A stretch of DNA of 64,000 nucleotides from Acidimicrobiales bacterium. Lineage in GTDB: Bacteria; Actinomycetota; Acidimicrobiia; Acidimicrobiales; MedAcidi-G1. The notes under the pieces were generated by a model. It made no database searches, was not told where the DNA came from, and saw only the letters and a list, made by a program, of their open reading frames with translations. This document shows, in pieces, positions 1 to 7,726 of this stretch (position 1 is the first letter of the stretch; each line of letters opens with the position of its first letter). Made by a program: the position numbers and the translations under genes. The stretch is taken from contig JAERSW010000042.1 in NCBI GenBank assembly GCA_016845305.1, forward strand, positions 17,923-81,922, in the 5' to 3' direction.

Positions 1-726
1 GGAGAAGCCGAGGAGCGCCACCGTCGACACCGGGATGAGGGCGTTGCGGGCCGCCTGTCGCCGTACCCGGTCCTCGGCCAGGCCCTTGGCCCGGGCCATG
101 AAGACGTGGTCCTCGCCGAGCTCCGACACCATCGAGGACCGGGCCACCACGAAAACCGAGCCCAGGCCCACAAGCGTCAGCGTGGTGGCCGGCAGGGCGA
201 GTCGCTCAATGACGTCGACCACCCAGGCCAGGCCGGTCAGGGACTCCGGTGCCGTGGCCCCGTAGACGGGGAACCACCCCAACTGGACCGAGAAGACCAG
301 CATGAGCATGAGCCCCACGAAGAACGCCGGGAGAGCGTCGACGGCCAACACGCCGGCCAGCAGCCCGACGTCCCGTCGCGAGCCGCGTCGCCAACCGGCG
401 GCGAACCCGAGGGCCACGCCCAGCACGGTCGACACCAGGACCGCCGTGCCGACCAGCAGTAGCGACCACCACAGCCGGTCCACGACCACCTCGGACACCG
501 CCCGGCCGTCGCGGACCGAGACGCCGAGGTCACCGCGGGTCAGGTTGGCCAGGTAGCGCCCGAACTGGTCGAGGGACGACCCGTGGAGACCGAAGTCCTC
601 CAGCATCGCCTCGCGCTGTTCAGCATCGACGATCCCCGAGTCCGGCGGGACCAGGTAGTCGATCGGGTCGCCCGGGGCGAGCCGCGGCAGGGCGAAGTTG
701 ACCATCAGGGCGGCGAGGACCACCAC
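1..726 (-). CDS. ABC transporter permease (DppB/OppB type), partial; 3' end lies beyond the window edge
   Basis: Open minus-strand frame reaches position 1, so it has no stop in the window and is absent from the ORF track. My translation (...VVVLAALMVNFALPRLAPGDPIDYLVPPDSGI...) looks like the N-terminal half of a peptide/nickel ABC permease. It lies directly downstream of the SBP gene. Start is uncertain: GTG at 724-726 would truncate TM1, and there is no ATG/GTG/TTG between 727 and the SBP stop at 781-783. Confidence 0.7.
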   Translation of the reverse strand, partial: MVVLAALMVNFALPRLAPGDPIDYLVPPDSGIVDAEQREAMLEDFGLHGSSLDQFGRYLANLTRGDLGVSVRDGRAVSEVVVDRLWWSLLLVGTAVLVSTVLGVALGFAAGWRRGSRRDVGLLAGVLAVDALPAFFVGLMLMLVFSVQLGWFPVYGATAPESLTGLAWVVDVIERLALPATTLTLVGLGSVFVVARSSMVSELGEDHVFMARAKGLAEDRVRRQAARNALIPVSTVALLGFS

Positions 727-780
727 CCCGTACTGGACGGCCAGCCGCGCCCTCCGTGCGATCCCGGGTCGCTCCCCGAC

Positions 781-2541
781 TCAGTCCTCGACCGTGTCGG
801 CGTCCCCGCGGCGACGCCGGAGGCCGACCCCGGCACCGAGCACCACCAGGACGGCCACCACGATCGCGACGATGGCTCCGGTCCCGAGGCCGCCGTCGTC
901 GTCGGCAACGGCGGCCGTCGACGACCCCTTGGCGTAGGGGGCCAGGAACGAACGCTTGGTGAAGGCACCATGTCCCGGATCGTCGATCCATCCGTCATAG
1001 GCCGCCGGTCGGTAGGCCCACCGTCCGTTCGGGTAGTAGAGCGTCACCGCTGGTGCCTCGGCGGCGAAGATCTCCTGGGCCTGCTGGATCAGCGGCTGCT
1101 TGGTGGCCACCGGTTCGTCGAGCGCGTCCTCGAGGATGGCGTCGAAGGCCGGATTGGCGTACCCGCTGAACACTCCGCCCACGCCACGACCGGGCGTGTG
1201 GAAGAAGAAGAACATGTGCTCCGGGTCGACGTGGGCGTGCGACTCGAACACGGCGATGAACATCTCCACGGTCGGAGGACCGTCGGCGCTCTTCTTTCGG
1301 GCGGCAAAGATGGCCGGGGCGTCGAGAGGCTCGACGGTGACGTCGACGCCCAGCGGCGCCAACTGCTCGGCCACCAGCTCGCCGGCCCGAATCTGGGGCG
1401 GTGCCGCGGCGTTGACCAGCAGCGTGAACGCCAACCGCTTCCCGTCGGGGCTGGTCCGGACGCCGCCATCGCCCACCACATAGCCGGCGGCGTCCAGCAA
1501 GTCGCCAGCCGCGGCCGGGTCGTACTCGTGTCCGCCGGTCGGATGGGCCCACGGGGACTGGGGATGGGTCCAGGTGTCGTTGCCGGGCACGGCCAGCCCG
1601 CCTTCGACGATGTCGACGATGGACTGCAGGTCCAGAGACATGCTCATCGCCTTGCGGACCGTGGCGTCCTTCAGGATCGGCTTGCGGGCGTTGAACATCA
1701 GGTACAGCGACTGGAAGCGGCTGCCCTCGAAGACGGCAAGGTCCTCGTTGGCCTGCATCTTCGGCACGAGCGGCGCCGGGAGGTTCCGGGTCACGAAGTC
1801 CAACTCGCCGGTCTGAAGCCCGGCGAAGGCGGCCTGGGCATCAGTGACGACCGGCATGACCAGCGTGTCGACAAGCGGGGCGCCGAGGAAGTAGTCCTCA
1901 TTGGCCTCCAACCGGTAGGAGACGCCGGGGTCGTACTCGACCATCTCGAAGGGGCCGGTGCCCACGGGCAGCGAGGTGGCGTCCTTTCGCGGGTTCTCGA
2001 TGCCCTCCCAGATGTGCTGGGGAAGGATCGGGAGGTCGGCACCTGGCAGGAGCTCGAACGTGGCGACCGGGTCGGCGAAGGTGAGCTCGACGGTGGTGTC
2101 GTCGACCACGGTGGCCGACTCGAAGACCGGATGGTCGTACACGTGATGGCCGTAGCGGCCGGGCCCTCCGTCGGCGGAGAAGTACCGGAACGTGAAGGCC
2201 ACGTCGTGGGCGGTGAAGGCCTCGCCGTCATGCCAGGTCACGTCGTTGCGAAGGGAGACCGTCCAGGTCCGCAGGTCGGCGGACGCCTCGGCCGACTCGG
2301 CCAGCCAGGGCTCCGGGTCAAGGCGGCTCTGCGACCAGAACAGGGTGTCGTACACGAGCATCGTGAAGTCGTGCGTGATGGGGAGCGCCTTGGGCGGGAT
2401 GAACGGGTTGAGGTTCTTCTCCGCGGCGTGAAGCCCGATGCGTACCACCACCTCCTCGTCGTCCTGGGCGACGGCTGCCGGAGCGGACACGGCGGCGGCG
2501 ATCGAGAGGGCGAGGGCGATGCAGAGCAGTCGTATACGCAT
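781..2541 (-). CDS. ABC transporter substrate-binding protein, family 5 (peptide/nickel type), with an unusual C-terminal TM anchor
   Basis: Internal ATG (cat 2539-2541) of ORF 781..2928 gives MRIRLLCIALALSIAAAVSAPAAVAQDDEE, a Sec signal with an AVA-Q site. The body is typical of family-5 SBPs. C-terminus is ...GLGTGAIVAIVVAVLVVLGAGVGLRRRRGDADTVED (TM helix plus basic tail). The long plus-strand ORF 583..2556 is antisense noise. Confidence 0.9.
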   Translation of the reverse strand: MRIRLLCIALALSIAAAVSAPAAVAQDDEEVVVRIGLHAAEKNLNPFIPPKALPITHDFTMLVYDTLFWSQSRLDPEPWLAESAEASADLRTWTVSLRNDVTWHDGEAFTAHDVAFTFRYFSADGGPGRYGHHVYDHPVFESATVVDDTTVELTFADPVATFELLPGADLPILPQHIWEGIENPRKDATSLPVGTGPFEMVEYDPGVSYRLEANEDYFLGAPLVDTLVMPVVTDAQAAFAGLQTGELDFVTRNLPAPLVPKMQANEDLAVFEGSRFQSLYLMFNARKPILKDATVRKAMSMSLDLQSIVDIVEGGLAVPGNDTWTHPQSPWAHPTGGHEYDPAAAGDLLDAAGYVVGDGGVRTSPDGKRLAFTLLVNAAAPPQIRAGELVAEQLAPLGVDVTVEPLDAPAIFAARKKSADGPPTVEMFIAVFESHAHVDPEHMFFFFHTPGRGVGGVFSGYANPAFDAILEDALDEPVATKQPLIQQAQEIFAAEAPAVTLYYPNGRWAYRPAAYDGWIDDPGHGAFTKRSFLAPYAKGSSTAAVADDDGGLGTGAIVAIVVAVLVVLGAGVGLRRRRGDADTVED

Positions 2542-2674
2542 GGCGGGCGAGATTAGTGAACGACCATGACCGGATCGCGAACCAGCACGGCGGCTCCCCG
2601 GGGGGTCCCAGCCGATCCGGGGAAGCCATCGACCTCGGAACCGGCCCACCGTGGGACCGGGTGCACGGTGGTTC

Positions 2675-3403
2675 TCAGACCAGCAGGTCGGCGATCGACG
2701 CCAACGACGCCAGGGCCGGCGACCCGGGGTCATGGTCGAAGAGCGCGATGCCCCGGGCATCGGCCTCGACCACCGCATCGTCCTCGGGAACCACCACGAC
2801 CTCCACGTCGCCCAACCACTCGCGAACCCGCGCCAGGTCGGCGTCGACGTCGCGGACCTTGTTGGCCACCACCAGGGTCCGTCCCTGCTGCTTCTCCCGG
2901 GCGATGGACAGGGCACGCGCCCCCACATCGAGCGACCGCGGAGTCGGTTCGACCACGACGACGGTCAGGTCGACCTTCTCAGCCTCGAGGCGGGACAGCG
3001 TCCCGAGACCCGCCTCGAGGTCGGCTACCACCGTCGCCGTACCGAAATCACCGGAGCCGAGCAACTGCTCGGCCGACATCCCGCATCAGGGTCAACCGGG
3101 CTCCGGATTCTCGATCCGGGTGATCACGCCCAGGCGGACCCCGTCCGGAGCGTCGGTCCCGAACCTCTCCATGAGTTCGTCCCAACCCGGCGCATGCTCG
3201 ACCCCGCCCTCATCGAGGCGTTCGCGGAGGGTGAGGAGGCGCTCGGTCTCCTGGTCGCCGACGCCGAGGGAGATCCCGAGGTTCGGGTTGGTGTCGCAGT
3301 CGAGGGCGACCACGGCGAGTCCGCGGCGGGCCAACGTCCGGGCCAGCGCCGCTGAGGTGGTGGTCTTGCCCGATCCACCCTTGCCGGTCACGGCGATCTT
3401 CAC
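2675..3403 (-). CDS. CooC/MinD-family P-loop ATPase with two in-frame TGA codons at the C-x-C metal-binding motif (candidate selenoprotein; otherwise a pseudogene)
   Basis: The tail of ORF 3092..3742 (VKIAVTGKGGSGKTTTSAALARTL...RIENPEPG) and ORF 2675..3079 (MSAEQLLGSGDF...VVEPTPRSL...VVANKVRD...) are in the same frame. They are separated only by TGA(3092-3094) CCC TGA(3086-3088) TGC GGG. The GTG start at 3401-3403 overlaps the upstream stop (GTGA). The joined 242-codon product is colinear with CooC (Walker A, G-x-G-C-x-C, D.EAG). Confidence 0.6.
3056..3073 (-). promoter_or_regulatory. SECIS-like hairpin 11-12 nt downstream of the second in-frame TGA
   Basis: mRNA sequence GCCGAGC-AGUU-GCUCGGC: a perfect 7-bp stem plus a flanking G.U pair, with a 4-nt loop containing GU. 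The stem starts 12 nt after UGA 3086-3088 and 18 nt after UGA 3092-3094. Confidence 0.4.
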
Positions 3404-4215
3404 GAGACCTCCACGTCGCGATCGTAGGCCGGGACGAGCCGGTCGACGAGGCCGTCCACCTCGGCCACGAAGGAACCGTCCGGATCGACGTCGAGGGGTG
3501 CCCCCGCATGCCGGTCGCCCTCGACCACGGCGGAGCTCCACGGCACGCGGACCATGACGGCTCGATCCAGGCGGTCCTCGATCCGGACCACGTCCGCCTC
3601 GTCGCGCACCTTGTTGGCCACGACGCCGATGGTCGTCGGACCCCACTCGGCCCGGTCCAGGTGGAGGAGCCGCCGTGCGGTGTGCAGGGACTTGGCGGTC
3701 GGTTCGACCACCAGCAGCGCGCAGTCGGCGTACTTCGCCCAACCGAACATGGCCTGTCGGGTTCCGCCCGGGAGGTCGCCCACCAGGCTCCAGGTGGAGC
3801 GATCAAGACCGTGAACCGTCTCCGACCAGGCGAACTGGGCCCGCTGCACGGCCCAGATCTCGCCCGACGTGTTCCCGAACTGGAGGTAGCGCACGCCATC
3901 CGGACACTCCACGGCGTACCGCTCGATGACGTCGGCCGGTCCGATGCCCGGGGCCAGGACCCAACGGGGACCACCCTCGGGGCCCTCGACCACCGCGTCG
4001 TCGGGGATGGGTCGGTCGTCGACCTCGACGCCGAGCCCGTACGGCAGTCCGGGCAACGGATCGGAGTCCAGGGCCAGGACCGGCTCGCCGCGCCGTGCCA
4101 GGAGACGGGCGAACGTCCCGGCGATGGTGGACTTGCCGGAACCGCCCTTGCCCATGAAGGCCACCCGTACGCGCCCTCCTCCGGCTTTCCCCCCATCGTC
4201 CATGGTCGTCATCAT
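3400..4215 (-). CDS. ParA/MinD/CooC-like P-loop ATPase (no C-x-C motif)
   Basis: 271-aa ORF with RVRVAFMGKGGSGKSTIAGTFARLLARRG (deviant Walker A) and LLVVEPTAKSL...VVANKVRD. It is a paralog of the downstream ATPase, and its stop overlaps that gene's GTG start. Confidence 0.8.
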   Translation of the reverse strand: MMTTMDDGGKAGGGRVRVAFMGKGGSGKSTIAGTFARLLARRGEPVLALDSDPLPGLPYGLGVEVDDRPIPDDAVVEGPEGGPRWVLAPGIGPADVIERYAVECPDGVRYLQFGNTSGEIWAVQRAQFAWSETVHGLDRSTWSLVGDLPGGTRQAMFGWAKYADCALLVVEPTAKSLHTARRLLHLDRAEWGPTTIGVVANKVRDEADVVRIEDRLDRAVMVRVPWSSAVVEGDRHAGAPLDVDPDGSFVAEVDGLVDRLVPAYDRDVEVS

Positions 4216-4250
4216 GGCACCGCCGCATCTCCCGCTTCCTCGGCGGGCCG

Positions 4251-5252
4251 CTACTCGGACCCGACGGCGTTCCGATCGGCGAGGACGTAGAGGTAGACCA
4301 GCGGCGGGAGCACCAGAACCACCAGGACCGCCGAGGCGACGAGCATTCCGGTCAGGGTGGTGGTCGCCCCGGCACCGTCCGCGATGGTCAGCTCATCGAC
4401 GAGGAGCCACGGGTACTGGCCCAGGCCCCAGCCGGCTACCACCGAGCCGACGGCGACGGCTGCAGTGGCTCGGGCCGGCCGGAGCCGGGAACGGGCCAGG
4501 AGGACGAGCGTGGCCACGCCGGCCACCACCGAACCGACCACCAGCGGGAGGCCCCGTCCGGTCAGGCCGTCGAACAGCACCGGGGCGTCGGCACGGAGCG
4601 GGAGGAGGCCGACGGTCGCCACCCCGCCGGTCACCAGGCCGACGGCCAGCGAGCGGCGACGCAGCGCATCGGCCAGGTCGGGCTGGTCGAGCGCCTCGGC
4701 CTCGGCGGCCAGGAAGACCCCGGCCAGGAAGGCGCAGGCCAGGACGGCCAGGACGCCACCGAGGATGGAGGCCGGAGTCGCCCAGGCGCCGAGCTCTGCG
4801 GCCCGTCCGTCGACCGGGACCCGCCCCGAGGCCACGGCTCCGGCGATCGTCCCCATGAAGAACGGCGTGATGACCGACGAGGCGGCGAAGGCCACGCCGG
4901 CCACCCGGGCCCACCGGACGGTCGGGGCGAACTTCCGGTACGCGAATCCCGCCCCCCGCAGCACGATCCCCAGGCCGACCAGCCAGAACGGCACGGCCAG
5001 CACCCGCATGAGGGCGGCGAAGGCGGTCGGGAAGCCGGACCACAGGAAGACCAGGACGAAGACCAGCCACACGTGGTTGGCCTCCCACACCGGCCCGATG
5101 GAGTGGTCGATCAGGCGTCGGACCGGGGCGCCACGTTCGGCGTCGCCGGCGGTCAGGTCCCAGGCCCCGACGCCGAAGTCGGCCCCACCGAAGACCGCGT
5201 AGGCGACCACCGCGGCGAACATCACAACGGCGACGGCCTCGGCGGGACTCAC
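4251..5252 (-). CDS. cydB: cytochrome bd ubiquinol oxidase subunit II
   Basis: VSPAEAVAVVMFAAVVAYAVFGGADFGVGAWDL... is a typical CydB N-terminus. The GTG start 5250-5252 overlaps the cydA stop 5249-5251 (GTGA). Confidence 0.92.
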   Translation of the reverse strand: MSPAEAVAVVMFAAVVAYAVFGGADFGVGAWDLTAGDAERGAPVRRLIDHSIGPVWEANHVWLVFVLVFLWSGFPTAFAALMRVLAVPFWLVGLGIVLRGAGFAYRKFAPTVRWARVAGVAFAASSVITPFFMGTIAGAVASGRVPVDGRAAELGAWATPASILGGVLAVLACAFLAGVFLAAEAEALDQPDLADALRRRSLAVGLVTGGVATVGLLPLRADAPVLFDGLTGRGLPLVVGSVVAGVATLVLLARSRLRPARATAAVAVGSVVAGWGLGQYPWLLVDELTIADGAGATTTLTGMLVASAVLVVLVLPPLVYLYVLADRNAVGSE

Positions 5253-6613
5253 CGTCCTCCCTCCTCGCCGTATGCGGGCCCCAGGTCGCGGGCGCCGGTC
5301 GACCACCGGCGAGACATCGATCGGACCACCACCACCGCGCCGACGGTGAGCAGCGAGTAGACCACGACGAGCGCCCCGAAGGTGAACCAGATGTAGCCGG
5401 CGTCGGTGACCGCGTCAGCGGTCCGCAGGTACCCGTCGACGATCCATGGCTGCCGGCCGACCTCGGTGGTCACCCACCCGGCCTCCATGGCCACCACCGT
5501 CAACGGACCGGCGGCAGCCAGCGCCCACAGCAGGGGCCGGCTACCGACCAGGTCACGGGTTCGCCACCACCGGACGACCACCCACCCGGCGACGACGACC
5601 AGGGCGGAGCCGATGCCCGCCATCACCTGGAAGGCGAAGCGCACCACGTTGACGGGCGGCCGGTCGGCGGCGGGCACCGAGTCGAGCCCGACCACCTCGG
5701 CGTCGAAGTCGTTGTGGGCGAGGAAGGACAGCAGGCCCTCGACCGGCACATCGATGCCGCCACGGAGCTCGCCGTCGACGAACACCCCGCCGAGGGTCAG
5801 CGGGGCCCTGGACTCCGTGTGGGCCAGGCCCTCGATGGCCGCCAGCTTCACGGGCTGCTCATCGGCGATCCGCTGGCCGGCCATGTGCCCGACAATGGGC
5901 TGCAGGGGGGTGGCCACCGCGGCGAAGGCCAACGGCACCAGGAGGCCGAGCCGGTGGGCCCGGTCAGTTCGTCCCCGGAGGGCCCCGACCGCGTAGACGC
6001 CGGCGACCAGGAACCCGACGACCATGTAGGCGGCGAGGAACATGTGCACGAACTGGACGCCGACGGCCGGGTTCAGGATGGCCGCCACCGGATCGACGTC
6101 GACCACCTCGCCGTCGACGACCCGAAACCCGGTCGGTTCGTTCATCCACGAGTTGACCGACAGGACGAAGAACGACCCGACCACCCCGGAGGCGATGACC
6201 GGAAGGAGCATCAACGAGTGGAGACGGCCCGGGAGGCGACCCCACCCGTAGACGTAGATGCCGAGGAAGATCGCCTCGGTGAAGAAAGAGAGCCCCTCCA
6301 GGGTGAAGGCCAGGCCGACCACGTCGCCGTACCGCTCCATCAGGCCCGGCCACAGCAGGCCCATCTCGAAGGCGAGGATGGTGCCCGACACGGCACCGAT
6401 GGCGAAGAGGACGCCGGCCACCTTCGACCACCGCTTGGCCAGGTCGAGGGCCACCTCGTCGCCGCGGAGCCCCCGGCGGTGGAGGACCAGGATCATGGCC
6501 GGAAGGGCCATCCCAAAGCAGGCCAGCACGATGTGCCAGCCCAGCGAGAGCGCCATCTGGCTCCTCGCCGGCAACAGGGCTGAACCGGCGGCCAGGCACA
6601 GGATCTCAGCCAT
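5249..6613 (-). CDS. cydA: cytochrome bd ubiquinol oxidase subunit I
   Basis: MAEILCLAAGSALLPARSQMALSLGWHIVLACFGMALP... matches CydA. ATG at 6611-6613 is preceded by GGAGGGG. Confidence 0.93.
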   Translation of the reverse strand: MAEILCLAAGSALLPARSQMALSLGWHIVLACFGMALPAMILVLHRRGLRGDEVALDLAKRWSKVAGVLFAIGAVSGTILAFEMGLLWPGLMERYGDVVGLAFTLEGLSFFTEAIFLGIYVYGWGRLPGRLHSLMLLPVIASGVVGSFFVLSVNSWMNEPTGFRVVDGEVVDVDPVAAILNPAVGVQFVHMFLAAYMVVGFLVAGVYAVGALRGRTDRAHRLGLLVPLAFAAVATPLQPIVGHMAGQRIADEQPVKLAAIEGLAHTESRAPLTLGGVFVDGELRGGIDVPVEGLLSFLAHNDFDAEVVGLDSVPAADRPPVNVVRFAFQVMAGIGSALVVVAGWVVVRWWRTRDLVGSRPLLWALAAAGPLTVVAMEAGWVTTEVGRQPWIVDGYLRTADAVTDAGYIWFTFGALVVVYSLLTVGAVVVVRSMSRRWSTGARDLGPAYGEEGGR

Positions 6614-6769
6614 ATCCCCTCCGGGGCACATGGTAGATGTCACCAGCACCTAGTGGCCACCGGGTTCCGGCTGGCCGACGGACCACGGAGACCAGTGGAT
6701 CCCGGCCCGGTACGTTCCTGCCGACCGACCACTCGATGCCTTTCCGACATGTCCCCAGGGAGTCGCCCG

Positions 6770-7561
6770 ATGCAGGCCCACGTCGTCCTCGCCCACCCCG
6801 AGACCCGGTCGTTCAACGGGCTGCTCGCCGACACGACCCGGTCCACGCTGGCCGCAGCCGGCTGGGATGTCACCACCACCGACCTGCAGGCCAGCGACTT
6901 CGACCCCCGGGAGTCGGCCGACCACTATGCCGACCGGGCCGACCCCGACCGGTTCCACGCCCAGACCGAACAGCGCCACCACGCCGACCGGGGCACCACG
7001 CCGCCCGAAGTCGCCGCCGAGGTCGACCGGCTGCTGGCCGCCGACCTGCTCGTCGTCCACTTCCCACTGTGGTGGTTCGGAATGCCGGCCATCCTCAAGG
7101 GCTGGATGGACCGCGTCTTCGTCTACGGGCAGGTGTACACGAGCACGAAGCGGTACGACGCCGGCGTCTGCTCGGGCCGACGGATGCTGACATGCGTCAC
7201 CACCGGGGCGTCGGCCGACTCGTGCGCGCACGACGGCCGGGAGGGCGACACCCGGATGCTGCTGTGGCCGGTGCTGTTCCCGTTCCGGTACGTCGGCTTC
7301 GAGGTGCTCATGCCCGAGGTGCTGCACGGCATCGGCGGCGTCGACTTCCTGGAGGGTGACGTCGACGGGACCTCGGTCGTGGACCGGTACGCCGACCACT
7401 GGGCCGACCAACTGACGCGACTCGACGACCGGCCGACGGTGCCGTTCAACCGCGACGCCGACTTCGGCGACGACAAGCGGCTCGTCGCCGGTGCCCAGGT
7501 CCACTCGCCGTTCGTCGCCCACGAACCGCAGCTGCCCTGGGCGGCCGACGCCCATACCTGA
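6770..7561 (+). CDS. NAD(P)H dehydrogenase (quinone), flavodoxin-like fold (Flavodoxin_2) family
   Basis: Internal ATG 6770 gives MQAHVVLAHPETRSFNGLLAD..., followed by LLVVHFPLWWFGMPAILKGWMDRVF, the signature of the NQO/MdaB/KefF-like family. Divergent from cydAB. Confidence 0.85.
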   Translation: MQAHVVLAHPETRSFNGLLADTTRSTLAAAGWDVTTTDLQASDFDPRESADHYADRADPDRFHAQTEQRHHADRGTTPPEVAAEVDRLLAADLLVVHFPLWWFGMPAILKGWMDRVFVYGQVYTSTKRYDAGVCSGRRMLTCVTTGASADSCAHDGREGDTRMLLWPVLFPFRYVGFEVLMPEVLHGIGGVDFLEGDVDGTSVVDRYADHWADQLTRLDDRPTVPFNRDADFGDDKRLVAGAQVHSPFVAHEPQLPWAADAHT

Positions 7562-7611
7562 CCCGGCACCTGAGCCCCGGCCGGTCCGGACCCCACCGGT
7601 ACCCTGACGGC

Positions 7612-7687
7612 GGGTCGCTAGCTCATCGGGTAGAGCAGGGGACTTTTAATCCCAAGGTGCCGGGTTCGAGCCCCGGGCGACCCACCA
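7612..7687 (+). tRNA. tRNA-Lys (anticodon TTT)
   Basis: GGGTCGCTAGCTCATCGGGTAGAGCAGGGGACTTTTAATCCC...GGGTTCGAGCCCCGGGCGACCCACCA. Acceptor arms GGGTCGC/GCGACCC pair, the anticodon loop is CTTTTAA, the T-loop is TTCGAGC, and CCA is encoded. Confidence 0.95.
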
Positions 7688-7726
7688 CCAGACGCCGGGT
7701 CGCCGACCGTCTGGAAGACTGCCGAC

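Noticed and set aside
583-2556. 657-aa plus-strand ORF, and many similar long ORFs (e.g. 2556..3557, 3210..4196, 16367..18088, 25577..27673, 27859..29520, 28803..30938, 48105..50360, 52547..54487, 55574..57346).
   Set aside because: They lie antisense or out of frame to genes with clear family motifs. Their products are Arg/Pro/Gly/His-rich low-complexity strings, as expected from stop-codon-poor frames in roughly 70% GC DNA. None shows a recognisable motif.
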